Under the pieces are notes generated by a model. That model did not search any database, had not been told where the DNA came from, and was given only the letters and a program-made list of their open reading frames with translations. Shown piece after piece: positions 9,446-18,760 of a stretch of DNA of 64,000 nucleotides. The position numbers and the translations under genes were made by a program. Origin of the DNA: Methanobacteriota archaeon (GTDB taxonomy: Archaea; Thermoplasmatota; SW-10-69-26; JACQPN01); contig JACQPN010000002.1 of NCBI GenBank assembly GCA_016207515.1, positions 12,350-76,349 of the forward strand, in the 5' to 3' direction. Position 1 is the first letter of the stretch. Each line of letters begins with the position of its first letter.

Positions 9446-10765
9446 ATGATCGACCTTTCGAAGCGCCGCTACTCGCTCGCGATAAGTCCCGCCGACGACG
9501 GCAAGGAGGCCGTGGTCGCCGGTTGGATCCACGAGTCGCGCGACCTCGGCGGCATCGCGTTCATCATCCTGCGCGACCGGGAGGGGACGCTCCAGGTCGT
9601 GCTTCCGAAGAAAAAGATCGAGAAGCAGCTGCTCGACCAACTGTTGGGCATCAACCGCGAATCGGTGATCGCGATCCGCGGGAGCGTGAAAGCCTCGCCT
9701 CAAGCGCGTAACGGTTATGAGATATTCCCGCTCGAAGTAGAGGTGCTTTCCCGGGCGGCGGCCCCACTGCCTCTTCCCGTGGCGGACAAGGTGCATGCCG
9801 AGATCGACACGCGTCTCGACAACCGGTACATGGACCTCAGAAAGCCCGAGGTCGCGGCGATCTTCCACGTTCGTAGCGCGATGCTCCGGTCGGCCCATGC
9901 GTTCTTCGCCGAACGCGGTTTCACGGAGATCCATACGCCGAAGATGATCTCCGCCGCTTCCGAGGGCGGGACCGATCTTTTCCCCGTCGCCTATTTCGAG
10001 AAACAGGCGTTCCTTGCCCAATCGCCGCAACTCTACAAGCAGATGATGATGGCGACGGGCCTCGACCGGGTCTACGAGATCGCGTGGTACTTCCGCGCGG
10101 AGGAGCACAACACGCGTCGCCACCTCAACGAATCGACCGCCATCGACGTGGAGATGGCCTACGTCTCTAGCGAAGAGGACGTGATGGGCCTTCTGGAACG
10201 GCTTATCCAACGGATCTGGACGGACATCACGAAGAACGAGACAGCGGCGCTCGCGGCCGTCGGGGCGAAGCCCGTGGTGCCAACGTTGCCGTTCCCGCGC
10301 GTCACCTACGACGAGGCCATTCGACTCGTCAACGAGGCGGGGTTGAAGCTCGAATGGGGCGAGGACCTCGGCACCGAGGGCGAGAAGAAGCTCGGCGATC
10401 TCATGCTCGCGAAGGGGCACGAGTTCTACTTCATAAAGCATTACCCGGCAGCGGCGAAACCTTTCTACGCCTACGTGGAGGACGGGTCGCAGCTGTCTCG
10501 TTCGTTCGACCTCGACCACAAGGGACTCGAAGTCACGAGTGGGGCCCAACGGCAGCACGATTCCGACAAACTCGTGAAGCGATTGGAGGAGAAGGGCCTG
10601 AATCCGAAGGATTTCGAGGCGTACTTGTCCGCATTCCGTTACGGCATGCCGCCGCACGGCGGGTTCGGGTTGGGGATCGAACGTCTGGTGATGGAACTTC
10701 TTGGGGTCGAGAACGTGCGGGAAGCGATACTGTTCCCGCGCGACAGGCAGAGATTGACCCCATAA
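9446..10765 (+). CDS. aspS: aspartate--tRNA ligase (archaeal/eukaryotic type)
   Basis: 439 aa; N-terminal OB anticodon-binding domain, class II motifs (FRAEE, GMPPHGGFGLGIERL). Confidence 0.95.
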   Translation: MIDLSKRRYSLAISPADDGKEAVVAGWIHESRDLGGIAFIILRDREGTLQVVLPKKKIEKQLLDQLLGINRESVIAIRGSVKASPQARNGYEIFPLEVEVLSRAAAPLPLPVADKVHAEIDTRLDNRYMDLRKPEVAAIFHVRSAMLRSAHAFFAERGFTEIHTPKMISAASEGGTDLFPVAYFEKQAFLAQSPQLYKQMMMATGLDRVYEIAWYFRAEEHNTRRHLNESTAIDVEMAYVSSEEDVMGLLERLIQRIWTDITKNETAALAAVGAKPVVPTLPFPRVTYDEAIRLVNEAGLKLEWGEDLGTEGEKKLGDLMLAKGHEFYFIKHYPAAAKPFYAYVEDGSQLSRSFDLDHKGLEVTSGAQRQHDSDKLVKRLEEKGLNPKDFEAYLSAFRYGMPPHGGFGLGIERLVMELLGVENVREAILFPRDRQRLTP

Positions 10766-10954
10766 GGGAGTTTTCGGCGTCGAATCCTGGCTTGAACGAC
10801 CCTCCATGATGAGAATCGACCACGTCTTGCGGGCGCCACCACGTTGGTCGCCTTCTGGGGGGCCCACGGGGCCTCAAGCGGCGGCTTTTTGTATTTGAGG
10901 GTTTCCCTAAACGCTCTTACGCGACGGGTTGCGAGATATGGTCGGTTGCCGCCA

Positions 10955-11485
10955 ATGCCGATCCAAAGGGATGCTACGCCTGTCGCAAGCACATTGTCGC
11001 CGCCGCAGCGGGAACTTCGGGCACGCGGGACGCTAGGTGAAGAGTTGCCTCTCGACTACTTCCGACTCTTTTCGGATAGCCTGGTCACGGACCTTCACAC
11101 TTTGGAGGACGATGCCGTCATCGAGGACCATCTGTTCACCGCGGGCAAACGCGCCGGCGACGTGTTCTCGCGCGTGGTCTCCAAGAACACCATCCACCTT
11201 CCGAAGAAACTGGCCGTCCTTTCCGAGGCCCTATACGATTTCAAGGTGGGGATAGCGAGTTTCAGGATCCAACCTGGCTACATCCGCTTTACGATAACGG
11301 AGTGCGTACACTGCGCTGGCGCGAAACCTTCTGGCCGGGCTTTGTGCCGTTTCGAGGCGGGCATCGTCGCCGGGGCGTTGGAGAGTTTCGTCGAGCGTGA
11401 GATCGACGGTGCTTCCGTCACCGAGACCAAGTGCTGGGGGCTCGGGGACGACCGGTGCGAGTTCACGGTCGCGATGCCTGTGTGA
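10955..11485 (+). CDS. V4R domain-containing protein
   Basis: C-terminal Cys-containing V4R-like segment (CVHCAGAK...CRFEAGIVAGALES...TETKCWGLGDDRCEF); start uncertain. Confidence 0.65.
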   Translation: MPIQRDATPVASTLSPPQRELRARGTLGEELPLDYFRLFSDSLVTDLHTLEDDAVIEDHLFTAGKRAGDVFSRVVSKNTIHLPKKLAVLSEALYDFKVGIASFRIQPGYIRFTITECVHCAGAKPSGRALCRFEAGIVAGALESFVEREIDGASVTETKCWGLGDDRCEFTVAMPV

Positions 11486-11814
11486 GTTTGCCGCGGACCG
11501 TGACACGCGTTGAGTTCCCCTGCCGTGCCAGGGCCGCCACGTCCGTTCCTTCTCGTCGAGGGTCCGGGTCCGCGATGTGAGCGGGGCGCCATGCGGTTTC
11601 TCGGCCGATTCTCCGTTTTTGTGGAACGCCTTTTGACAGACCTGAACCGGTCCTAATCACGGTTGAGGCTCTAAGAAACCGTCTGTCGGGAAACCGGCTT
11701 CCGACCGGCGGCGTGCCGAAAAAAGCGCCCGTATCTCGAATAGGGTCTGAGGAAATTGTATAAATAATCCAAAATCAACGGACCAGCACCGCACGACGCG
11801 GTGGAGGCTGAAAC

Positions 11815-12042
11815 ATGCGACCAAAACACAACCGATTGGAATCCGTCTTGGAGGCAAGCGAGGCACGGTTCGAATCGGGCGAACACCTGGAGGCGCCCGA
11901 AGCGCCGAAAGAGGCAGCGAACGTGGAACACAGGATCCGGTCCGTCGACTCGATCGCCCGCACGATGAGCATCATCAACAGGCACCCGATGCACGTGAAG
12001 GGTGGGTTCGCGGAAGGCACAGACGCCTGGAACAACGCGTAA
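11815..12042 (+). CDS. hypothetical small hydrophilic protein
   Basis: 75 aa; ATG ~50 nt downstream of TATA-like gtataaataatcc (11758-11770); its last codons lie inside the first copy of the tandem repeat. Confidence 0.35.
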   Translation: MRPKHNRLESVLEASEARFESGEHLEAPEAPKEAANVEHRIRSVDSIARTMSIINRHPMHVKGGFAEGTDAWNNA

Positions 12043-12264
12043 GGGGGACCGAGGGCCCGGGAGGGCACGAGGTCGCCCACTTTGGATGCACCCTTTGGCC
12101 CTGGCGCAAACAACTGTTTGCGCGGGGCCGCGCGCACGCCCGGCGTGCGCCGCGGTAAAGGGTGCTGGAGCAACGCGTAGGGGGGACCGAGGGCCCGGGA
12201 GGGCACGAGGTCGCCCACTTTGGATGCACCCTTTTGTAAAGGGTGCTGGAGCAACGCGTGGCGC
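12027..12264 (+). repeat. tandem direct repeat (two full ~70-bp copies plus a partial third) with GC-rich hairpins
   Basis: ctgga(a/g)caacgcgt(a)gggggaccgagggcccgggagggcacgaggtcgcccactttggatgcaccctt at ~12027 and ~12165, partial copy at 12245; palindromes gcgcaaaca-ac-tgtttgcgc and gcgcacg-cccgg-cgtgcgc between copies. Confidence 0.8.
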
Positions 12265-12585
12265 GAAAAAATCCCTGCGAAAACCAACGTCCGAGGCGAA
12301 GAAGGAGAGGCAAACGGGGGCGGGGCATTCTTTCCGCATCAGTGGAACGGGTCGCCCCGCGCGTCCGGCCGCCGGGCATGCACCGGATGCCGGGGCGCAC
12401 GGGGGTTTTCCATGGAGGCAGCGCAATCTTTTGAACGGCCCCGGGCAAATGCCAATGACGATGTTTCCAAACGTGCGCTAAAGCAGGGTTTAATACCCGT
12501 GGAGTCTCCATTATACGCCGCGGGAGCGGAGGACAACGGGAAGCCTTACGTTTTTCCGACCGCGCGGACATGAGGAAATGACTCG

Positions 12586-14109
12586 ATGGATGGGCTGAAG
12601 CTCGTCGTTAGGCTTTTCGACATCGACCTCGGCAAGTACCAGGTGATCCTCCACGAGAAGGACGCCGAGGAGCTCGGCATCCACTCGCAGGACCGCGTGA
12701 AGATATCGCGCTCCGACGAGACGATCACCGCGATAGTCGACACGACCGATTCCTTCATCGAACGCGGGCAGGTCGGGGTCTTTTTCGAGGTCCAGCAAAG
12801 GCTCGAACTGACGGAAGGCAACACGCTCAAGGTCGTCCCCGCCGACAAACCGGCGAGTGTCGCTTACATCAGGAAGAAGATGGAGGGGAAGGACCTCTCG
12901 CGCGAAGAGATAGACACGCTCATCCGCGATGTGGTCGACGGCAGCCTAACAGACATCGAACTCGCGGCCTACGTCACGAGCATCCAGATCCGTGACATGA
13001 ACCTGCGGGAGGTCGAGGACCTCACGAACGCGATGGTGAAGTACGGCGAGGTGATCGATTTCGAGGGCGCCGAGATCTTCGACAAGCACTCTATAGGTGG
13101 CGTGCCGGGGAACAAGATCTCGCTGCTCGTCGTCCCCATTGTGGCGGCGGCGGGGCTGCTCATCCCGAAGACCTCGTCGAGGGCGGTGACGGGTGCGGCG
13201 GGAACGGCCGACATCATGGAACTCTTTTGCAACGTGCGCCTCTCGGCCGAGGAGATCAAACGCATCACGCTCGAAGTCGGAGGTGTCCTCTCATGGGGCG
13301 GTGGCGTGAACCTCGCCCCTGCGGACGACATCATCATACGCGTCGAGCATCCCCTTTCGCTCGATCCCCGCTCGCAGCTCCTTGCGAGTGTCATGGCGAA
13401 GAAGAAGGCGGTCGGGGCGCGTAACGTCGTCATCGACCTTCCGATGGGCGAGGGCACGAAGATCGTCCAACAGGACGAGGCCCGTAAGATCGCCCGCGAC
13501 TTCATCGACCTCGGCGAGAGGCTTGGGATGAAGGTGGAATGCGCGATAACGTACGGTGGGCAACCGGTGGGAAAGGCCATCGGCCCTGCGCTCGAGGCGA
13601 ACGAGGCGTTGCTCGCGCTCAACAACGGCGACGCGCCGCAATCGCTCGTCGAGAAATCCGTCGGCATCGCCGGGATGCTCCTGGAGATGGGCGGCGTCAC
13701 GGCGCGCGGCAAGGGCCGCAGACTCGCCCAAGAGATCCTTGAAAGCGGGAAGGCGCTGCAGAAGTTCGACGAGATAGTCATAGCGCAGGGTGGCATGAAA
13801 CCGAAGGAGCAGGAGATCGGCCGTCACTCGGCCTCGATCCTCGCTCCAAACGGCGGTTACCTCACGGGCGTTGCGAACCGCCGGCTCGTCCACATCGCGA
13901 GGCTCGCCGGCGCCCCAAAAGACGGTGGCGCGGGCGTCGTCCTTCATAAGAAGCGCGGTGACAAGGTGGACACGGAGGAGCCGCTTCTGACGATCTATTC
14001 GAGTTCGGAGTACAACCTCAAGACGGCGCTCGCGGAGGCGAAGCGGGGCGTGCCGGTCACGATCGAAGGCATGGTTCTCCAACGCGTGCCGGACTTCCAG
14101 GAGTTTTGA
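12586..14109 (+). CDS. AMP phosphorylase (archaeal thymidine phosphorylase-family enzyme with N-terminal extension)
   Basis: 507 aa; nucleoside phosphorylase family II motifs (DKHSIGGVPGNKISL, SSRAVTGAAGTAD) plus the ~80-aa N-terminal domain typical of archaeal AMPpase. Confidence 0.88.
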   Translation: MDGLKLVVRLFDIDLGKYQVILHEKDAEELGIHSQDRVKISRSDETITAIVDTTDSFIERGQVGVFFEVQQRLELTEGNTLKVVPADKPASVAYIRKKMEGKDLSREEIDTLIRDVVDGSLTDIELAAYVTSIQIRDMNLREVEDLTNAMVKYGEVIDFEGAEIFDKHSIGGVPGNKISLLVVPIVAAAGLLIPKTSSRAVTGAAGTADIMELFCNVRLSAEEIKRITLEVGGVLSWGGGVNLAPADDIIIRVEHPLSLDPRSQLLASVMAKKKAVGARNVVIDLPMGEGTKIVQQDEARKIARDFIDLGERLGMKVECAITYGGQPVGKAIGPALEANEALLALNNGDAPQSLVEKSVGIAGMLLEMGGVTARGKGRRLAQEILESGKALQKFDEIVIAQGGMKPKEQEIGRHSASILAPNGGYLTGVANRRLVHIARLAGAPKDGGAGVVLHKKRGDKVDTEEPLLTIYSSSEYNLKTALAEAKRGVPVTIEGMVLQRVPDFQEF

Positions 14110-14151
14110 CCCAAGGCCGGGTGTCGCCGATCTAGTAGGCGCGCCTTGGCT

Positions 14152-15432
14152 TCACGCCGGCAGCCGCGCGTAGAATTCGATGATGACGAGCGCGGCGACG
14201 CCGACGGCCGCGGCGGCCGCTATGGGCAAGGCGACGCGCTCGGCCACTTTCTTGTTGGCGGAGCGGACGATTATGAACTTGTTCACGGTGCTCAACGTCA
14301 TCGCGGCCACGGCCGTGAGGGCGGCGACTTTGAGGGGGATCGTGCCGCTCGCGTAAAGGAGCGTAACGGATGCGACGACGGCGGCCGCGTGGATGAAGCC
14401 GCCGAGCGCGGTCGCGTAGACGCCGGATTCGCCCCGTCCCGAGGCGAAGAACGCAAAGCCCGCGAGAAGCGCGAAGAGGGCGCCGAACTTCACGGCCGGC
14501 CAGATGGCGAACGGGTTCTTGAGGGCGATAGTGGCCGCGTCGTCGACGTCGCGGTCATGTTTCAAGAACGACGCTCCTACACAGATGCACGCCATCGCCG
14601 CCGCCGGGATGAGCAGCACCTGCGCGAGGCGGAGACTCGGGTCGACGAAGGCGGCTATGGCTAGGTTGCGCCCAAACATCGCGGCCGTCGCAAGAAGTGT
14701 CCCTGCCGCCGCGTGGGCGACCAGGGAAGGGTTCGCGGCGGCTATCTGGCCGAGGGATGCGGCGGTGGCCTCGGAGTTGACGAGACCGCCGAGTAGGCCC
14801 GCGGCGACGATCCCGCGGCGCGCCCCGATCTGGCGCATACCGATGAACGATGCGAAGGAGAAGGCGGAGACGAAGACGACGATGAGGATTATCGTGCGCA
14901 GGTTCCAGATGCCCCACGGGTCCAGGGGGCCGTCGGGCGAGAGCGGGTAGAGGATGAAGGCGATGGTCACGAATTGGAGCGCGGCGCTTATCTCGTCGTC
15001 GGAGAGGTGGTGCGCTATGAGGTGGAGCCGGCGCTTCGTGAGAAGCAGCCCGGTCGTCATCACGGCTATTATCGTTCCTTCGAGGAGGAATCCGTAGCCG
15101 ACCATTACGCCGACGAGGTAGATCACAAAGATCGACATCGGGGTCGTGAAGCCGGTCTCGCCGAGGAGGTGGCGCACCACGAACATGCTGATGGCGAATA
15201 TGCCGGCCATCGCGAGCCCGAACGCGACGACGAGCCCCGTGTCGGAGGCGATGGCGAGTTGTTGCGTGAGTAGCCCCGCGACGGCGATGAGGGGGAAGGT
15301 GCGCACCCCCGCTATGACGAGCTTCTTGTCCGTGCGGTGCTCGCGTTCGAGCCCCACGAGAAGGCCTGCGCCGACGACGACGGCGAGCTTCACGAGGAAC
15401 TCGAAACTGACTTGAAACTCCAGGCCGGCCAC
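14152..15432 (-). CDS. MgtC/SapB family membrane protein with DUF4010-like C-terminal domain
   Basis: 426 aa, ~10 TM helices; N-terminal LVGLEREHR motif typical of MgtC. Confidence 0.8.
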   Translation of the reverse strand: MAGLEFQVSFEFLVKLAVVVGAGLLVGLEREHRTDKKLVIAGVRTFPLIAVAGLLTQQLAIASDTGLVVAFGLAMAGIFAISMFVVRHLLGETGFTTPMSIFVIYLVGVMVGYGFLLEGTIIAVMTTGLLLTKRRLHLIAHHLSDDEISAALQFVTIAFILYPLSPDGPLDPWGIWNLRTIILIVVFVSAFSFASFIGMRQIGARRGIVAAGLLGGLVNSEATAASLGQIAAANPSLVAHAAAGTLLATAAMFGRNLAIAAFVDPSLRLAQVLLIPAAAMACICVGASFLKHDRDVDDAATIALKNPFAIWPAVKFGALFALLAGFAFFASGRGESGVYATALGGFIHAAAVVASVTLLYASGTIPLKVAALTAVAAMTLSTVNKFIIVRSANKKVAERVALPIAAAAAVGVAALVIIEFYARLPA

Positions 15433-15686
15433 TTTGTCCTCGTCTCTCGAAGGTGGGCCCGTGGCTTAAAATGCGAGAGTCCGAGCACGCAAGATCGCGC
15501 GGTCTCGCCCGTTCTCCGTGGACGGTCTTCTTGCTTAGGCGCCGCACGCCGGTCCATGTGTCCGGACTTCCCGCGGCATGGAGGGTTCCTCGGCCCTTGC
15601 GAGTCCTTGCGGCCACCGGGCCTCCCCGCGTGGGCAGTAGCCTATATTACCCATTACCACATCTTCGCGCCGTCGGAGTGATGTGA

Positions 15687-15905
15687 CTGGCGAAACAGCC
15701 GGGGGAGAACTGCAAGAAGTGCGGGCATTGGGGCTCGTCGCCCGAGTTCGGTTTCGATGACCGGACAGGCTATTGCAACGCCCACGAGAAGCTCACCAGC
15801 GCCGATTACTGGTGCGACCTATTCATCTCAAAAGAGAAGTACCAGAAGCAGCAGGATGAGCTCTACGAGCAGATCGAGTCGGAAAGCGGGGAGTTCGAGG
15901 AATAG
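15687..15905 (+). CDS. putative small zinc-binding protein, no canonical start codon in frame
   Basis: Protein-like frame ...ENCKKCGHWGSSPEFGFDDRTGYCNAHEKLTSADYWCDLFISKEKYQKQQDELYEQIESESGEFEE*; the only nearby ATG (15681) is immediately followed in frame by TGA; not in the ORF track for that reason. Confidence 0.3.
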   Translation: MAKQPGENCKKCGHWGSSPEFGFDDRTGYCNAHEKLTSADYWCDLFISKEKYQKQQDELYEQIESESGEFEE

Positions 15906-15968
15906 TCGCGCTAGTACGTACTTATAGGTATATGCGCCCTTGATTCGATTCCGCTCCACTCGGTAGCA

Positions 15969-15977
15969 TTTTTATAC
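15969..15977 (+). promoter_or_regulatory. TATA-box-like element upstream of small membrane ORF
   Basis: tttttatac ~25 nt upstream of ATG 15999, consistent with a leaderless archaeal transcript. Confidence 0.4.
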
Positions 15978-15998
15978 ACCTCCGGCATCTTCCGGCCG

Positions 15999-16181
15999 AT
16001 GCGTTTCTCCATCTGGACGGCCGTGAGCCTCCTCCTGGTCGTCTTCGCCGTGGTCTTCTACGCGTACATGTACAGCATCACCGGCCGCTGGTTCGAGCAG
16101 GGTGTCTACGCGGTGACGGTGATCCCCCTGGGCTTTGGCCTCGCTGGCCTGTATCTCACGACGCGCGGGAACCCGCAGTAG
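15999..16181 (+). CDS. small membrane protein (2 TM)
   Basis: 60 aa, two hydrophobic helices; TATA-like box ~25 nt upstream. Confidence 0.5.
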   Translation: MRFSIWTAVSLLLVVFAVVFYAYMYSITGRWFEQGVYAVTVIPLGFGLAGLYLTTRGNPQ

Positions 16182-16416
16182 CCGTGCACCGGTCACGGGC
16201 CGCGTAGCGCTGCACTTCCGGCGCGATGGGCTTTTTCCCGGAACATCACGCTCTGCCCGCCAGACCGCTTCGTTCCATGCTGCCAAACCCGATCGGGCTG
16301 GCCGGGTCACCCTTTTCCCAGGGGGACGTCGCGTGCAGGTATGGGCCTTCTCGCCGTCTGATGGCATCGCGAATCCAGGCGTCGGGGTAATCTAGCGGGA
16401 GTGCGATCCACGTCCC

Positions 16417-17865
16417 GTGCCCACCGAGTGGACGGAGAAATACCGCCCAAAGACCCTTGCCGACGTGGCGGCCAACGCAAAAGCGCTCGCCGATATGAAG
16501 GCGTGGGCGGATAGCTGGGAAGCGGGCGTACCGGAGAAGCGCGCTCTCCTTCTTTCAGGCGACCCCGGGATAGGAAAGACCTCGGCCGCCCATGCGCTCG
16601 CCCACGACATGGGGTGGGGAGTGATCGAGTTGAACGCGTCCGATTCGCGTAACGAAGAGGCGATCCGGCGAGTCGCGGGCGCGGGTTCGAAGCACCGCGG
16701 GTTCGGTGCCGACGGTAGCTTCGTGAAGGACACGAACGCCGGCCGCACCCTCGTCATCCTCGACGAGGCGGACAACGTCTTCGGCCGCGAGGACCGGGGC
16801 GGCGTGAAGGCGATCGCGGAGACCATCCGCGAGACGGCGCAACCCATGATACTCATCTGCAACGACCAGTACGAGTTGCAGCGACGCGGCGCCTCCCTCG
16901 TCAACCAATGCAAGGTCGTGAAGTTCAGCCACGTGATGAAGAACGCGATCCCTCCAGTGCTTCGGAACATCCTGAAGGCCGAGGGGATGACGGCGGAACC
17001 GGAGGCGCTCATCAACATCGCGGAGCGTAGCGGCGGCGACCTTCGAAGCGCCATAAACGACCTTCAGGCGTTGACGGCGGGAAAGACCGAGTTGAAGGCC
17101 GCCGACGTCGAAGCAATCGGCTTCAGGGACGCCCGCGCATCCATCTTCGACGCCGTGCGCGAGATATTCAAGTCCGAGAAGATCGACTCCGTGCGCACGG
17201 TGCTTTTCGACCTCGACGAAACGCCCGACATGCTACTCCTCTGGCTCGACGAGAACCTTCCATTGGAATACAAGGACCCGGCGGATCTGGTCGAAGGCCT
17301 CGCGTGGCTCTCCCGCGCCGACACGTTCCTCGGGAGAACGGTGCGGACCGGGAACTACGGCCTGTGGCAGTACGCGAAGGAGACAGCGGCGTTCGGGGTC
17401 ACCGTCGCCAAACGCCGGCGCTACCCCGGCTTCACGCCCTACCGGTTCCCGACCTACCTCAAGAAGATGTCCACCGCCAGGGCGATACGGGAGACGAGAA
17501 AGTCCGCTTCGCGCAAAGTAGGCGAGGCGCTCCACGTGGGCCGGCGCGTCGCCCGAAACGACGTGTTCCCGTTCCTACGCACACTCTTCACGAATGTCCC
17601 GACGCTCGGGGGCAAGTTCGTCCACGACTTCGACGTGGAGGACCACGAGTTGGCGCTCATCATGGGGTCGGGCGTCGATTCGAACGAAGTGAAGGCGGTG
17701 CTTGAGGAAGCGAAGAAGATCAAAGCGCTTCCAACGGCGAAAGGAGCGCCTACGCCGGAGCCCGAACCCGTGGAAGAGCCCGAACCGGCCGAGGAAGCAC
17801 CCCCACAAGAAGAGGAGCCGGAAAAACCCGCCCCGAAGAGGCAGAAGAAACTCATGGAATTCTAG
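16417..17865 (+). CDS. rfcL: replication factor C large subunit
   Basis: 482 aa; AAA+ Walker A (GDPGIGKTS), Walker B (ILDEAD), acidic C-terminal tail ending KRQKKLMEF (PIP-box-like). Confidence 0.92.
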   Translation: MPTEWTEKYRPKTLADVAANAKALADMKAWADSWEAGVPEKRALLLSGDPGIGKTSAAHALAHDMGWGVIELNASDSRNEEAIRRVAGAGSKHRGFGADGSFVKDTNAGRTLVILDEADNVFGREDRGGVKAIAETIRETAQPMILICNDQYELQRRGASLVNQCKVVKFSHVMKNAIPPVLRNILKAEGMTAEPEALINIAERSGGDLRSAINDLQALTAGKTELKAADVEAIGFRDARASIFDAVREIFKSEKIDSVRTVLFDLDETPDMLLLWLDENLPLEYKDPADLVEGLAWLSRADTFLGRTVRTGNYGLWQYAKETAAFGVTVAKRRRYPGFTPYRFPTYLKKMSTARAIRETRKSASRKVGEALHVGRRVARNDVFPFLRTLFTNVPTLGGKFVHDFDVEDHELALIMGSGVDSNEVKAVLEEAKKIKALPTAKGAPTPEPEPVEEPEPAEEAPPQEEEPEKPAPKRQKKLMEF

Positions 17866-17921
17866 GTGCGCAACGCAAACGCTCTTCAACCACCGCTAGG
17901 CTATAGGAGGTTCGAGAACAC

Positions 17922-18107
17922 ATGGACAAACCCCAAGACCAGAGGGAGTACGTGATCTACACGTGCTACCCGATAGAAGAGTGCGGCTTCTCCGTGAGAA
18001 GCCACAACGAGGAGGAAGTGGTGGACATGGCGGTCATCCACGCCGAGAAAGGGCATAAGATGCGAGTCTCCAGGGCGGGCGTCAAAGGATTGATCAAGAA
18101 AGGGTAG
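17922..18107 (+). CDS. DUF1059-like small metal-binding protein, copy 1
   Basis: 61 aa; C..P...CGF.V.SH.EEEV......HAEKGH pattern. Confidence 0.65.
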   Translation: MDKPQDQREYVIYTCYPIEECGFSVRSHNEEEVVDMAVIHAEKGHKMRVSRAGVKGLIKKG

Positions 18108-18157
18108 GCGCCAGAGGATTCGAAGGCTTTTTTTGGGGCGAACGCTTGGGCCCACGC

Positions 18158-18340
18158 ATGGACGAGCCTACGCCAAAGAAATTCCACGTCTTCGTTTGCT
18201 TCCCGATCACCGATTGCGGCTTCACGGTGAAAAGCCACGACGAGGACGAAGTCATCGAGACGTACCTCCACCACGCCGAGAAGGTGCATGGAAAGAAGGC
18301 GTCGAAGGCGATGGCCAAGGGAATGATCAAGGTGGAGTGA
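18158..18340 (+). CDS. DUF1059-like small metal-binding protein, copy 2
   Basis: Paralog of 17922..18107 (FHVFVCFPITDCGFTVKSHDEDEVIETYLHHAEKVHG); ATG 18158 chosen (TTG 18146 possible). Confidence 0.65.
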   Translation: MDEPTPKKFHVFVCFPITDCGFTVKSHDEDEVIETYLHHAEKVHGKKASKAMAKGMIKVE

Positions 18341-18439
18341 GGCGGGCGGCGTTCGCCCCAAACGGGCGAAGACTTATCCGTCCGCGGCTAGCAGTCCTCT
18401 TTGCCGAGCCGCATGTTACAAATACGTCATACGACAAAT

Positions 18440-18760
18440 ATGTCTCATTCAATGTCTCGCCTGAAAGAGCCTCCCGCGTTGCCGAAGACGATCCGTGGGC
18501 CAGCCCCCACCCTGACGACACTACACGCGATCGAGATCATTCTCCGCAAGGCCGACAGTCGCGGGGAGGGTCCTTTGCCTTTGGCCGAGATAAAGCGACG
18601 GATGAAGGCCAAGAGCGTCAGGCATTCGACGATCCGCACGTGCGTGGACGAACTCCAGCGGCTGGGTCTCGTGCTGTACGCTCCACGAAGAGGCGTCATG
18701 TGGACCTACAACCCTGACCCCGCCTTCTGGGCGAAGAAAGGTTTCATCGAACTCCGGTGA
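18440..18760 (+). CDS. winged-helix DNA-binding protein, candidate antitoxin/regulator
   Basis: ORF 18401..18760; wHTH-like core (LAEIKRRM...HSTIRTCVDELQRLGLV); stop overlaps the next start (GTGA). Confidence 0.5.
   Translation: MSHSMSRLKEPPALPKTIRGPAPTLTTLHAIEIILRKADSRGEGPLPLAEIKRRMKAKSVRHSTIRTCVDELQRLGLVLYAPRRGVMWTYNPDPAFWAKKGFIELR

Noticed and set aside
9314-10867. 517-aa minus-strand ORF antisense to aspS
   Set aside because: Antisense shadow of a highly conserved aaRS gene; Arg/Leu-rich with no recognisable domain.
12027-12264. Repeat cluster considered as a CRISPR array
   Set aside because: Only two full copies plus a fragment, irregular spacing (138 and 80 bp), repeat unit far longer than CRISPR repeats, no cas genes nearby.
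12220-12573. 117-aa ORF spanning the third repeat copy and the AMP phosphorylase promoter region
   Set aside because: Starts inside the repeat element, Gly/Ala/Arg-rich with no motif; more likely non-coding (repeat, hairpins, promoter).
12969-14082. Minus-strand ORFs (12969..13796, 13291..14082) inside the AMP phosphorylase gene
   Set aside because: Antisense to a well-supported gene; low-complexity translations.
14555-15616. 353-aa minus-strand Arg-rich ORF overlapping the MgtC-like gene in another frame
   Set aside because: Extreme Arg/Pro/Gly bias; the alternative frame gives a coherent 10-TM membrane protein.
15930-15960. tRNA-like T-loop sequence (ttgattcgattccgctcca)
   Set aside because: No complementary acceptor or T-stem could be built around it; taken as chance similarity in a promoter region.
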